IMG/VR virus record: IMGVR_UViG_3300047476_001657 | Location: 1-64,000 of that record | DNA length: 64,000 nt | DNA from: a virus | Reading direction: 5' to 3' (one strand) | In this document: positions 29,401 to 38,271 of the stretch, one piece after another | Numbering within the stretch: position 1 is the first letter of the stretch | Layout of the letters: every line of letters begins with the position of its first letter | Translations under genes and position numbers: made by a program | The notes under the pieces: model-generated | The model's input: the letters and a program-made list of their open reading frames with translations, nothing else | Database searches by the model: none | What the model was told of the DNA's origin: nothing

Positions 29401-30476
29401 GGGATATGTCAAATAAAGTAGTTGGTTTCAATGTTGATATTGGTCCTCAAAATCAAGGTATTTTTATAAGTTTCAATGTTGGACAAGATGCTGGTAAAGC
29501 AACATCAGAATCTTTAGAAGCTACTAATATGTTAGCAAACCAAGGGAATAATAGAGCAGGTTCTTCTCAAAGTGTTTCATTATATAACTTATATAAAAAT
29601 AGAAGTTATAGTTGTGACGTTGATATGATGGGTAATGCTTTGATACAACCAACTATGTACTTCAATTTGAGAAATGTTCCAATGTTCAGTGGACCTTATA
29701 TGATTTTAGAGGTTAATCATAGTATAAGACCTGGTATGTTTTCAACTAGATTTACAGGTATAAGACAACCAACAGCTGCGTTACCAAAAATTGATAATTT
29801 TTTACAATCTTTAAAACAAAATTTAGTAAAAACAATCATTGAAAAAAATAAACAAGAAAAAGATGCTGCTCAGAAAAAATTAAGTACTAATAGTGTAACA
29901 ACAAGAACAACAACACCAACTAAGTTGAACGCAGTTGGTTTAGACCAAAATTGTACAGCATCAACTAAATACAGTACTTATGTAGTTGGAACAGCACCTA
30001 GTAGTTATGAAACACTACAAAATATTGTTAATCAAATTGCAAGTAAAACTGATAGTGTTCTACTAAGATATTGTATGTTTGCAAGGATTTATTTTATATC
30101 AGGTGGAGAAACTATTATTGAGTCATTTGCAAATAATTTTGCTGGTATAACCTTAAATCAAGATTGGGGGCCATCAGAAGCTTATTTTTCAAAATCTAAA
30201 AAGTTTTTCTGTACACCTCAAAAAAATCCTATGGTATTCTTTGACACCTTAAATGATCAACTTAATTTTATGTTTGAAAGATGGAGAGGATATCCTACTT
30301 CATTGAAATTACAAAATAATACTGCTGACATAACAAAATTTGTTGTAATAACTCTCAGTGCTAATTTTAACGAAGGTGAAAACAACTACAAAGCTTATGT
30401 TGGTACTGAAGAATTGAAAAATTTTGAATCAATAGTACAAAAATCAATTGATTTATATAATTCAGTGACAAGATAA
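23475..30476 (+). CDS. Very large baseplate hub protein (gp27/VgrG-like elements) with a C-terminal lysozyme-like region
   Basis: CDVDMMGN..IQP.....L......SGPYMILEVNHSI..GMFST.F.G.R hub signature near the C-terminus; follows the LysM gene; 2333 aa. Confidence 0.6.
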   Translation: MVDKQENILVEFDYNNIIVIDPNKIIDENGNAKQRLVQHENLVMYANLECKVLPRTKLAVGVSPNDVIETISVASINFLKPGGKTFLDTSWTDEITGKGTVTGEGVNQPKQTSIKNPNRDNDFYIRQTTQSGGKPGSVDNGLLGITSINIRQTTAFMPTISMELVDVKGRALFESGDNSPYAAFFNLPYPLFYLTIKGYYGKAVRMGLMLQKFNARYQPDSGNFKIDLLFYTYKYTILSELSMAALIAAPHMYKTRISRQSSSGGPSTLVKVNETITERGYQKIKELYSEYKSKGLIPDDLPELTLVQLKETLDNFIKNKLDTFTKQNLEPISGCDDYQKALREYQGSIYYYTAGRISWFNKYMDKNNFYILNNSAQTKVYTFKKELNTPELRQAAITDLDAIIQEFNKKLNDNPTVGLKGSYKISGQEFFVKVSNPITPLIFNIDINSSNINVKQTYIERKGTSPTPQQEAELKKQITQSFEINSSSVTTKNGTKLPVTNFYVFEGPNTFIDLTEKMGRDLKVIREQIEQQLTTALTNLLENKSEGIGFIPNIRNILAVVFASGEAFLRMMDDVHTKAWELSDNKLRKQIILNNQTAGASQETFNNGDVSNTPIYPWPQYIEETTGENGHEKYELRYPGDSSVISKTKGYLLDVWPEIEFVEEFIKGFTERKSPPAEQNNNNEVTEVKRVSFNAIEFPIGNYVFSNKEEVKFFYEIYERMIYLANYSKLSRVEDAPSFVSPIIKIISECEKTNIKNGLSNGSPFIVDKLKNYTITSANFLQLLRQFSNGGTGESWQNYIRGIFNTKYIKNTINNASFEFLNADILNEKFTQPVITLSDENKIQEFISSSTNIKFDFTDTYPFTNKNWIKKYLAQSSTVDSAEMAFKTPEVLKYNSTNKIISNFLPTTNKTVARPFTTFAQENGNEPNLNPNQNNQVSSLQFIGFFRRKPEQQIVTEGVIRYSNYSGGTSFRQTTSILNTPYFVNSIQQGIKNFRNYDKNPYTAAAYLFINSLPLSTLKEKYTKYENDSTIFMDYIFATIKKFGAVHKVPYAWILKLGSVWHRYKKFVEENVDILDSSWKSFEYITNYDPITSATTKTYNLTINNSPVDIVLEDNNFVGTETSSLINVGFYPKLINDFNVFLNGYEIIQSNSQINGSCFVSGTTLTITQVNSATIQPGYTLAGINLLPNTTIISQIGGSPGGVGTYQITPAQTGTTALFSVTNATSVGYNSTNIQNALDFSGLSMYYASSAIINEVEGFDPNNPQRDLRIIPWSLSVDTNDKNFMYVLPSSGTLFNQTKNECFNNNNKLIQEVTGNTSVHNGAVRLFWTAPNYGYFDNSRIKKVKPDEYLKRVLTADTFQDAFTLTGFDEEYSKIDELFSVFEKEIMDGFEKEFLRFSKSVYDYEDDLTVNPSETITLSTSTNNQDNSSEIISFLDGLKKTAQQIGETILEKSARNFQQLMRNLLILPKITGNTGVEYVKEVQTAQFSNIITQLKTFLDFDVTFKFGNPSNYDRKLFTTFSNLPLTDPYEWSKYTVATPDALPRSNGSRTLTSSQNSFPQAWSTLKTYVGFSEIPELKYTNNGSYITDFFIDLNIAFTPENIQLFAPIIKIYATQKLNQFQSNYIPPQQTNTTQPTNSVVATAFLKSGGTVNVEKSGSKFRTTYYNSDNVLLFEGAFNLPPNNNVYTVSGSEIYYTTLVNQTITGLFGSTSTNPNDAQFITTFDRVTPSSYTPEPNSTNSNNSSTFYQATSDYLNKVDGFMNKIIDSTMIDVRNSLDAIQLNPEERDQSVLQGEPQPKLEMWEMFKALNDKWIAGGDFKTKTLFEDVLLLDRASRNIGDKVLVDIYKLKDRLQGLIEREVNKTTMLIFVQSILVENNFVVMNIPSYVNFYGVQDAVKNPKPKIEGTLDFANTMFGTYLNVDYRESSAKMVCFYGGKPSEQLDLKNNVDYRKRSDAFELRRASDNPLIENQIGKTDWDMSNKVVGFNVDIGPQNQGIFISFNVGQDAGKATSESLEATNMLANQGNNRAGSSQSVSLYNLYKNRSYSCDVDMMGNALIQPTMYFNLRNVPMFSGPYMILEVNHSIRPGMFSTRFTGIRQPTAALPKIDNFLQSLKQNLVKTIIEKNKQEKDAAQKKLSTNSVTTRTTTPTKLNAVGLDQNCTASTKYSTYVVGTAPSSYETLQNIVNQIASKTDSVLLRYCMFARIYFISGGETIIESFANNFAGITLNQDWGPSEAYFSKSKKFFCTPQKNPMVFFDTLNDQLNFMFERWRGYPTSLKLQNNTADITKFVVITLSANFNEGENNYKAYVGTEELKNFESIVQKSIDLYNSVTR

Positions 30477-30495
30477 ATTTTTAATCAAATAAAGA

Positions 30496-30502
30496 TATTT
30501 AT
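30496..30502 (+). promoter_or_regulatory. TATTTAT putative late promoter element
   Basis: 13 nt upstream of the ATG at 30516. Confidence 0.6.
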
Positions 30503-30515
30503 AATAAAAAACAAT

Positions 30516-30740
30516 ATGAGTGTAAAAACTATTCTAGAAAATTACTTAGGAAGACCTGCTCAAACAACTGAAAAAGATTTGGGTGATGGAACTAAACAAG
30601 TATGTGATTTACAAACAGGTGAATGCTACACTGTTAGAATGAAAGATGGTCTAATTGAAAGAGTTGATAACACAATGAGAACACACAAAAAAATCCAAGT
30701 TGAAACAACAACAGGAATCAAACAATTATTAAACGGATAA
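30516..30740 (+). CDS. Small hypothetical protein (CDxxTGEC motif)
   Basis: 74-aa ORF with a TATTTAT upstream and A-rich initiation context. Confidence 0.7.
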   Translation: MSVKTILENYLGRPAQTTEKDLGDGTKQVCDLQTGECYTVRMKDGLIERVDNTMRTHKKIQVETTTGIKQLLNG

Positions 30741-30744
30741 AAAA

Positions 30745-31440
30745 ATGAAAATTGATATTAAAATTCTTAACGAAATTAAAAGATATAAAGATATTAATTC
30801 TTATATAACTGAACAAGATGTTCCACCACCACCTCCACCCGCTGAAGATTTGGGTGCTTTACCACCTCCACCAGCAGGGGATTTAGGGGGAACACCACCT
30901 CCTCCAGCACCAGGAATGGATGCTGCAGCCGGTGCACCTCCTACACCACCACCAGCTCCAGAACCAGTCAATGTTGAAAATGACCCTGAAGTTGAAAAGG
31001 TTGGGGATGAAACTAAAGAAAAGAAAATTAAAGTAACTGATTTAGTTAAAGGTCAAGAGAGTGTTGAGAAGAAACAAGAACAATATTTTGAAAATTTGTT
31101 CCAACATTTGGATGATTTAGAAAATAAGTTATCTAATATGGATCAAATTATTGATAAGTTAAATTCTATTGAAACTAAAATAGAAAAGTATCGTGTAAAA
31201 ACACCTGAAGAAAAATTAGAACTTAGAACATTAGATTCTGGACCATTTAACCAAAAACTATCACAGTTTTTTGATGAAAAAGAAGATGAATTTGAAGAAA
31301 CAGGGAAAGACCAATACATTCTAACCCCAGATGAAGTTGAAAATTATTCACCTAATGACATCAAAAAAAGTTTTAGAGATTTCGAAGATATTGCTGACAC
31401 TGATTCTTTCAATAACAGTGGATATCAAAAAATTTATTAA
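30745..31440 (+). CDS. Proline-rich, acidic coiled-coil protein (possible head scaffold/internal protein)
   Basis: ITEQ followed by poly-Pro tracts, then a heptad region LDDLENKLSNMDQIIDKLNSIETKIEK. Confidence 0.6.
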   Translation: MKIDIKILNEIKRYKDINSYITEQDVPPPPPPAEDLGALPPPPAGDLGGTPPPPAPGMDAAAGAPPTPPPAPEPVNVENDPEVEKVGDETKEKKIKVTDLVKGQESVEKKQEQYFENLFQHLDDLENKLSNMDQIIDKLNSIETKIEKYRVKTPEEKLELRTLDSGPFNQKLSQFFDEKEDEFEETGKDQYILTPDEVENYSPNDIKKSFRDFEDIADTDSFNNSGYQKIY

Positions 31441-31448
31441 AAGTCTAT

Positions 31449-31477
31449 TTGACAAACTCACGGCTGACACTTACTAT
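31449..31477 (+). promoter_or_regulatory. Sigma70-like early/middle promoter TTGACA-N17-TACTAT
   Basis: Perfect -35, 17-nt spacer, upstream of SSB; an extra TATAAT lies at 31482-31487. Confidence 0.6.
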
Positions 31478-31515
31478 TGTGTATAATATTTTCTAATTAA
31501 AAACTTTTTACAATT

Positions 31516-32367
31516 ATGGCGACAAATGCTTTAGATGCAATCTTGGCTCAGTATGAGCAATCACAAAAATCTAGTACACCAACTAACAAAATGTCTCAAG
31601 ATGAGAGAATGAAGAAATACTTCGCAGCTCTTCTTAAAGACAATGAAAAACAAGGACAAAAGAGATTAAGAATTCTTCCAACTAGTGATGGTAGTTCCCC
31701 CTTTAAAGAGGTGTGGTTTCACGAAATCCAAGTTGATGGTAAATGGCAAAAATTTTATGACCCAGGAAAGAACGATAACGAACGTTCCCCACTTTCTGAG
31801 GTATATGAAGAACTTATGGCAACTGGTAGAGATGCTGATAAAGAACTTGCTAAACAATATAAACCCCGAAAATTTTACATCGTTAAATTAATTGACCGTG
31901 ACAACGAACAAGATGGTGTAAAGTTTTGGAGGTTCAAACACAACTACAAAAACGAAGGTATATTAGACAAACTAATTCCTATCTTCCGTGCTAAAGGTGA
32001 TGTAACTGACCCTGAAAAAGGAAGAGACATTATCCTTGAAATGACTAAGGCTAAAACCCCTAAAGGTGCCGCATACACTGTTATCCAAACAATTATGTAT
32101 GATGACCCAGCTCCTATTCACGAGAATAAAGAAACAGCAGATAGTTGGGTTAATGATGAATTAACTTGGGCTGATGTTTATTCTAAGAAACCAGTAGAGT
32201 ACTTAGAAGCTATCGCAAAAGGTGAAACACCAAGATGGGATAGTGAAAAAGGTGGTTATGTTTATGGAAACTCTGATGCTGGTGAAGTATCTTTCGGTGG
32301 TAAATCTACACCAACTTATATGGATGATTCTGATGACTTTGAAGTAAGTGGTGACCTACCTTTCTAA
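31516..32367 (+). CDS. Single-stranded DNA-binding protein (T4 gp32-like)
   Basis: RLRILP....PF.EVWFH, DVTDPEKGRDI, acidic tail ending DDFEVSGDLPF; adjacent to recA. Confidence 0.8.
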   Translation: MATNALDAILAQYEQSQKSSTPTNKMSQDERMKKYFAALLKDNEKQGQKRLRILPTSDGSSPFKEVWFHEIQVDGKWQKFYDPGKNDNERSPLSEVYEELMATGRDADKELAKQYKPRKFYIVKLIDRDNEQDGVKFWRFKHNYKNEGILDKLIPIFRAKGDVTDPEKGRDIILEMTKAKTPKGAAYTVIQTIMYDDPAPIHENKETADSWVNDELTWADVYSKKPVEYLEAIAKGETPRWDSEKGGYVYGNSDAGEVSFGGKSTPTYMDDSDDFEVSGDLPF

Positions 32368-32382
32368 AATTATTATCTAACC

Positions 32383-32413
32383 TGAACCCCATCAAAAGTG
32401 GGGTTCAATTTTA
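32383..32413 (+). terminator. Hairpin / weak terminator between SSB and recA
   Basis: TGAACCCCA-tcaaaag-TGGGGTTCA followed by ATTTTATT. Confidence 0.65.
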
Positions 32414-32431
32414 TTCCTTAAAAATAAAAAA

Positions 32432-33436
32432 ATGGCAATTAAGAAAAACGACTTTAGTAGTATAAAGAAGAAATTCTCGACTTCTGCTAAATACAAACCC
32501 CAAAGATACTTTGACTTGGGTACTGAATTTTTGGATGCTGTTGGATTACCAGGACCTGCAATAGGACATTTGAATATGTTATTGGGACACTCTGATACTG
32601 GTAAAACTACAGCACTTATTAAAACTGCTGTTGATGCTCAAAGAAAAGGTATCTTACCTGTTTTTATCATCACAGAACAAAAATGGAGTTTTGAACACGC
32701 AAAACTTATGGGACTACAATGTGAAGAAGTTGTAGATGAAGAAACTGGTGAAATGGATTGGGATGGTTTCTATTTATTCAACAACTCGTTTGAATATATC
32801 GAACAAATTACCGATTATATCAATGACTTATTAGATGCACAAGAGAAAGGAGATTTGGAATACAGTTTATGTTTTATGTGGGATTCTGTTGGTTCAGTTC
32901 CTTGTAAAATGACATATGAAGGTAAAGGTGGTAAACAACACAATGCTTCAGTCCTTGCTGATAAGATTGGTATGGGTATCAATCAAAGAATCTCAGGTAG
33001 TAGAAAAGCTGAATCCAAGTTTGAAAATACTTTAATTATTGTAAACCAACCTTGGGTAGAATTACCTGATAATCCATTTGGACAACCAAAGATTAAAGCA
33101 AAAGGTGGTGAAGCAATTTGGTTGAACTCTTCTTTGGTATTTTTGTTTGGTAATCAAAAAGGTGCTGGTACAACTAAGATTACAGCTACCAAAGACAAAA
33201 GAACTGTTAAGTTTGCAAGTAGAACAAAAGTATCTGTATTGAAAAACCACATTAATGGTTTGGGTTATGACGATGGTAAAATTATTGTTACCCCTCATGG
33301 ATTCTTATCAGGGAAAGATGCTGCTGAAGAAAAATCTTCTATTGAAAAATATAAGAAAGAGTATGCTGAATATTGGAAAGAATTGTTAGGTTTGGAAGGA
33401 GATTTTGATTTAAAAGAAGAAAAAGAATATGAATAA
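32432..33436 (+). CDS. recA: RecA/UvsX-like recombinase
   Basis: Walker A GHSDTGKTT, Walker B WDSVG, IIVNQ, KGGEAI, KNHING. Confidence 0.85.
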   Translation: MAIKKNDFSSIKKKFSTSAKYKPQRYFDLGTEFLDAVGLPGPAIGHLNMLLGHSDTGKTTALIKTAVDAQRKGILPVFIITEQKWSFEHAKLMGLQCEEVVDEETGEMDWDGFYLFNNSFEYIEQITDYINDLLDAQEKGDLEYSLCFMWDSVGSVPCKMTYEGKGGKQHNASVLADKIGMGINQRISGSRKAESKFENTLIIVNQPWVELPDNPFGQPKIKAKGGEAIWLNSSLVFLFGNQKGAGTTKITATKDKRTVKFASRTKVSVLKNHINGLGYDDGKIIVTPHGFLSGKDAAEEKSSIEKYKKEYAEYWKELLGLEGDFDLKEEKEYE

Positions 33437-34433
33437 GTTAAAAGTTATATCACTATTTTCAGGTTATGGTACACAAGAATTGGCACTAAAATATATTGGT
33501 GTTGATTTTGAGAATGTTGCAAATTGTGACATACTTAAAACTGCGAATATTGCTTATGATTCTTTACACGAAACGACAATGGGTAACTTGGGGGACATCT
33601 CTAAAGTAAATGAGAATGAGTTCCCCCAATGTGACCTACTTACATACTCATTTCCTTGTCAAGACATTTCAATATCAGGTATTCAGAAGGGTATTCAAAA
33701 AGGTACAAGAAGTGGTTTGTTATATGAGGTTGAAAGAATCTTAACGAAGAATCAACCCAAGTATCTTTTGATGGAGAATGTTAAGAACTTGGTATCTCAT
33801 AACCACATTGATAACTTCAAAGCACATATTTCATTCTTAAATGAGTTAGGATATGGTTGTTCTTGGCAAGTATTAAATGGTGCTGACTATGGATGTCCAC
33901 AAAACAGAGAAAGAGTTTTTATGATGTCTGTTTATGGGATGACAAATGAAGAAGTGGAAACTAAAATGCTCAATGTTAATAGGTACAAAAAGGATAGAGT
34001 ACCAATGAGACCATTCATAGAAAATGTTGTCATAGACGACTTATTTATTGAATGTGAGGTTACACCTAACAAACCAAAAAAAGATAGTGTGTGCAAACTT
34101 GTGGCAAGGAGAAACGATGTAAGTTACGACCAAGCAAGACGTATATATTCTATTGATGGTTGTTCACCTTGTTTAACAACCACTGGTTCACCACAAATTA
34201 TTGTTGATGGAAGAATAAGAAGTATAACAGGAAGAGAAGCTTACAGATTTATGGGTGTTAGAGAAGAAGATATTGATTTATTGTTATCAACAAACTTGAC
34301 AATAAAGAATCACGTTGCTTTGGCAGGTAACTCCATTTGTGTTCCTGTCATGGAAGCAATCTTTACAGAGTTCTTAGGTGAGTATATCACAGAAACAAAA
34401 AAATCGTTCACACAATTAAGTTTATTTAAATGA
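33429..34433 (+). CDS. Orphan C5-cytosine DNA methyltransferase
   Basis: Motifs I (FSGYG), IV (FPCQD), VI (ENV), VIII (QNRER) and X (AGNSI) are intact. Confidence 0.93.
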   Translation: MNKLKVISLFSGYGTQELALKYIGVDFENVANCDILKTANIAYDSLHETTMGNLGDISKVNENEFPQCDLLTYSFPCQDISISGIQKGIQKGTRSGLLYEVERILTKNQPKYLLMENVKNLVSHNHIDNFKAHISFLNELGYGCSWQVLNGADYGCPQNRERVFMMSVYGMTNEEVETKMLNVNRYKKDRVPMRPFIENVVIDDLFIECEVTPNKPKKDSVCKLVARRNDVSYDQARRIYSIDGCSPCLTTTGSPQIIVDGRIRSITGREAYRFMGVREEDIDLLLSTNLTIKNHVALAGNSICVPVMEAIFTEFLGEYITETKKSFTQLSLFK

Positions 34434-35437
34434 TTAAAACATTATTGGTTGATGGTAACAATCTTATGAAGATAGGTTTTCATGGGGTCAAAGATTATTA
34501 TCACAATGGTAATCATATTGGGGGTATATGGCACTTCCTAAATACAATTAGAAGATTCATTGAAGAACACAACTTTGATAAAATAGTTGTTTTTTGGGAT
34601 GGCGAGGGAAACTCAAGCAAGAGAAAAATTTTATACCCCCAATATAAAGAAAACCGAATCCAAGAACAAAACGAGTTTAAAGTTCAATCTTTCACTTTCC
34701 AAAAAGAGAGGGTAAAACAATATTTGGAGGAAATGTTTGTAAGACAAGTTAATGTTGATAATAATGAAGCAGATGACTTGATTGCTTATTATTGTCAAAT
34801 TGCTGAGAATGAAAAGATTACCATTTTTTCATCTGACAAAGATTTAACCCAACTTATATCCGAGAATGTTTCAATTTATTCCCCATCGGCAAAACAAATG
34901 TATAGAAATGGGGACAAAATAAAATTGAAAGAACACGAGATTCCTCATAATAATATTTTAACTTACAAGATATTAACTGGTGATAAATCGGATAATATTG
35001 ATGGAATATATTATTTGGGTGATAAAACTTTATTTAAATTATTTCCCGAACTACTTGAACAAGAACTTACAATTACCGATATTTTATCTAAGGCGGAAAA
35101 CCTTTTAAAGGAGAATAAAGAAAACTCAGCTTTAAAAAATCTACTGACTGGAAAGACTAAATCAGGGATATATGGTGACGAATACTTTGAAATTAATAAA
35201 AAGATTGTAGATTTGTCAGAACCAATGATTGATGATGAAGGAAAAGAAGTTGTAGAACTTTATTATACTGAAACATTAGACCCAGATGGTAGGGGACATC
35301 GTAATCTGATAAAGATGATGATGGAAGATGGTTTCTTTAAATTCTTGCCGAAAGGGGATGACGCTTGGGTAAACTTTGTAAAACCATTTATGAAATTAAC
35401 AAGAAAAGAAAAAAACAATTTTAAAACAAAAAAGTAA
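34430..35437 (+). CDS. 5'-3' exonuclease / flap endonuclease (T4 RNase H, Pol I N-terminal-like)
   Basis: LLVDGNNL, VFWDG, YKENR, EADDLIA, SSDKDLTQL, GDKSDNIDGI. Confidence 0.93.
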   Translation: MIKTLLVDGNNLMKIGFHGVKDYYHNGNHIGGIWHFLNTIRRFIEEHNFDKIVVFWDGEGNSSKRKILYPQYKENRIQEQNEFKVQSFTFQKERVKQYLEEMFVRQVNVDNNEADDLIAYYCQIAENEKITIFSSDKDLTQLISENVSIYSPSAKQMYRNGDKIKLKEHEIPHNNILTYKILTGDKSDNIDGIYYLGDKTLFKLFPELLEQELTITDILSKAENLLKENKENSALKNLLTGKTKSGIYGDEYFEINKKIVDLSEPMIDDEGKEVVELYYTETLDPDGRGHRNLIKMMMEDGFFKFLPKGDDAWVNFVKPFMKLTRKEKNNFKTKK

Positions 35438-35443
35438 AACACA

Positions 35444-35899
35444 ATGAGAGAAATGAATGATGTAACCAAATTGGAATTCTTAATGATGGTCAACGACAAC
35501 ATTATTGTTCAAAGATTTTTCAATGTAAGAGATTACAATCCAGATGCAAGAAATTCAGTGGATTTCCATGATTATATGGACGATTTAGTTGGAAGATTGA
35601 ATTACCAACTAAAAATGAAAGCTGTAAGTTATCTATTGGAAAATCAATATGAAATTACAAACAACCCAAACATCCTAAACACTTCCTATGTCGATGGTCC
35701 TGAATACTTTAACATTTATTTAAAACACGGAGATAGACTACTTTGTCACAGAAGATTCGATGCAAAAATCTACCCCCCAAAGGTTAGATACACAGTTGAC
35801 ATAAGACAAACAATCAAAGGAATCTTACAAGAATTGACCGGTATTTTCTCTGACAGAGACCTTTCTTACGACTACCTTGGACTTAATACAAGAGTGTAA
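35444..35899 (+). CDS. Hypothetical protein in the replication block
   Basis: 151-aa ORF between exonuclease and helicase; no motif recognised. Confidence 0.7.
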   Translation: MREMNDVTKLEFLMMVNDNIIVQRFFNVRDYNPDARNSVDFHDYMDDLVGRLNYQLKMKAVSYLLENQYEITNNPNILNTSYVDGPEYFNIYLKHGDRLLCHRRFDAKIYPPKVRYTVDIRQTIKGILQELTGIFSDRDLSYDYLGLNTRV

Positions 35900-35906
35900 T
35901 ATTTAT
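35900..35906 (+). promoter_or_regulatory. TATTTAT element upstream of helicase
   Basis: 20 nt upstream of the ATG at 35927; the only intergenic copy inside the replication block. Confidence 0.45.
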
Positions 35907-35926
35907 TCATACAGTAAACAAAAAAT

Positions 35927-37306
35927 ATGTCATCTAACAAAAATTTCGATTATTTAGGAAGTTCCTTTCAGATACAACTACTTAATCAAATTGTAGTGGA
36001 TAAAGATTTCTCAAGGTCAATTATTGATGTAATAGAACCCAATTATTTTGATAACAAATACTTCAAAATCATCATACAGATGATTAAGGAGTATAGTAAA
36101 AAATGGGATGGTATTCCTAGTTTTGATACATTGGAACAGATTACAAAATCCGAGTTCCAACAAGAAAATGTTGCCAAAGTGGTAATAGACACAATCAAAA
36201 AAATTAAGGATGCTCCCATTGAAGGTGGTGATTTTGTACAAGAAAAAGCATTGAAGTTCTGTAAACAACAAGAACTACAAAAAGCGATTACAAAAGCACA
36301 GAAAGTTATTGATGGTGGTGAATTCGAGAGTTATGACACCCTTGAGGAAATGATTCGTGAAGCCTTACAAGTTGGTATTGTTGAAGATGGTATGTTAAAC
36401 GTTTTCTCCAACTTGGATGAGGTATTAAATGAGGATTATAGACATCCGATACCAATGGGTATTCCAGGTATTGACAGGTTATTGAAAGGTGGTTTGGCTA
36501 AGGGTGAAATTGGTGTTGTATTAGCACCAACAGGTGTGGGTAAATCCACTATCCTAACCAAGATTGCTAACCACGCTTTCAACCTGGGATATAATGTTCT
36601 TCAAATATTTTTTGAGGATAATCCCAAGGTTATTCAAAGAAAACATTTTACCTTGTGGAGTAAAATCCATCCTGATGATATGTCTAATAAAAAGGAAGAA
36701 GTTTTGGCAAAAGTAAGAGAGATTGAAAGTAAAATGACTAATCACCTTATTTTGGAAAAACTTCCATCTGATACTATGTCAATGACACACATCAAAAATC
36801 TTATTAGAAAAAAGATTGCAGATGGTATAAAAATAGACATGGTTTTATTAGATTACATTGATTGTGTTGTTCCTGAGAAAAACTTGGGTGATGAATGGAA
36901 ATCAGAGGGGTCTGTAATGAGAGGATTTGAGGCAATGTGTCACGAACTTAATCTAGTAGGTTGGACTGCAACGCAGGGTAATAGAAGTTCAATATCTTCC
37001 GAAGTTGTAACAACAGACCAGATGGGTGGTTCTATTAAGAAAGCTCAAGTAGGACACGTAATCATATCGATTGCAAAAACCTTACAACAAAAAGAAATGA
37101 AGTTGGCAACAATTGCGATTACAAAATCAAGAATTGGTGATGATGGAATTATCTTTGAAAATTGTAAGTTTGATAATAGTATGTTGGAAATTGATACTGA
37201 ATCTTCGGTAACCTTCTTAGGACACGAAGAACAAAAGGAAGAAAACAACAGACAGAGAATTAAAGATTTATTAGAAAAAAGAAAACAAAGAGAACAAAAC
37301 ATTTAA
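35927..37306 (+). CDS. dnaB: Replicative DnaB-like helicase (T4 gp41-like)
   Basis: Walker [28 protein letters not shown]. Confidence 0.9.
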   Translation: MSSNKNFDYLGSSFQIQLLNQIVVDKDFSRSIIDVIEPNYFDNKYFKIIIQMIKEYSKKWDGIPSFDTLEQITKSEFQQENVAKVVIDTIKKIKDAPIEGGDFVQEKALKFCKQQELQKAITKAQKVIDGGEFESYDTLEEMIREALQVGIVEDGMLNVFSNLDEVLNEDYRHPIPMGIPGIDRLLKGGLAKGEIGVVLAPTGVGKSTILTKIANHAFNLGYNVLQIFFEDNPKVIQRKHFTLWSKIHPDDMSNKKEEVLAKVREIESKMTNHLILEKLPSDTMSMTHIKNLIRKKIADGIKIDMVLLDYIDCVVPEKNLGDEWKSEGSVMRGFEAMCHELNLVGWTATQGNRSSISSEVVTTDQMGGSIKKAQVGHVIISIAKTLQQKEMKLATIAITKSRIGDDGIIFENCKFDNSMLEIDTESSVTFLGHEEQKEENNRQRIKDLLEKRKQREQNI

Positions 37307-37308
37307 CT

Positions 37309-38259
37309 ATGACTGAAAAAATATTAATGGAGAATCCGAATCGTTTTGTGATTTTCCCCATCCAATACCACGACATTTGGGAATACTATAAACAACACCA
37401 AGCGGCATTTTGGACTGCTGAGGAAGTTGATTTAACTGGTGATATCAGAGAGTGGCAGAACTTATCAGAGAACGAACAATATTTTATTAAAAATATTTTA
37501 TCATTCTTTGCTGCATCTGATGGTATTGTAAACGAGAATCTTGCTGAGAACTTTTACAGAGAGGTTCAATACCCTGAAGCTAAGTTTTTCTATGGATTTC
37601 AATTAATGATGGAAAATATACATTCTTTAATGTATTCTTTATTAATAGATACTTATGTATCAAACCCAAAAGAAAAAGACGAATGTTTCAATGCGATTGA
37701 CAGATTACCTGCGGTTCAAAAGAAAGCTAAATGGGCTTTAGATTGGATAGAAAATGCTTCATTCCAAGAAAGATTGGTAGCTTTTGCTGCAGTGGAAGGT
37801 ATATTCTTTTCAGGTTCTTTTTGTTCAATCTTTTGGTTGAAATCAAGAGGAATTATGCAAGGACTTTGTAACGCCAACTCCTTGATTTTTAAGGATGAAA
37901 ACTTACATTGTGATTTCGCAATTCACTTGTTAAACAACCACGTTGAGAACAAACCAAGTGAAAAAAGAATCAAAGAAATCTTGTTATCAGCACTTGAAAT
38001 TGAAAAAGAATTCATCACAGAATCATTACCAGTTTCTTTAATTGGAATGAACTCAAACTTGATGAAACAATATCTAGAGTTTGTTGTTGATGGATTATTA
38101 CTTAAATTGGGATGTAGTAAACACTTTAATGTGGAACAACCATTCAAGTTTATGGAACAAATTGCAGTTGAAACAAAAGGTAATTTCTTTGAATCTAGAA
38201 CGGTTGAATACCAAAAAGCTAAATTGAACGAAACTATTTCATTCACAGACGATTTCTAA
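37309..38259 (+). CDS. nrdB: Ribonucleotide reductase class Ia beta subunit
   Basis: [44 protein letters not shown]. Confidence 0.97.
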   Translation: MTEKILMENPNRFVIFPIQYHDIWEYYKQHQAAFWTAEEVDLTGDIREWQNLSENEQYFIKNILSFFAASDGIVNENLAENFYREVQYPEAKFFYGFQLMMENIHSLMYSLLIDTYVSNPKEKDECFNAIDRLPAVQKKAKWALDWIENASFQERLVAFAAVEGIFFSGSFCSIFWLKSRGIMQGLCNANSLIFKDENLHCDFAIHLLNNHVENKPSEKRIKEILLSALEIEKEFITESLPVSLIGMNSNLMKQYLEFVVDGLLLKLGCSKHFNVEQPFKFMEQIAVETKGNFFESRTVEYQKAKLNETISFTDDF

Positions 38260-38271
38260 AAATTAAAAAAA

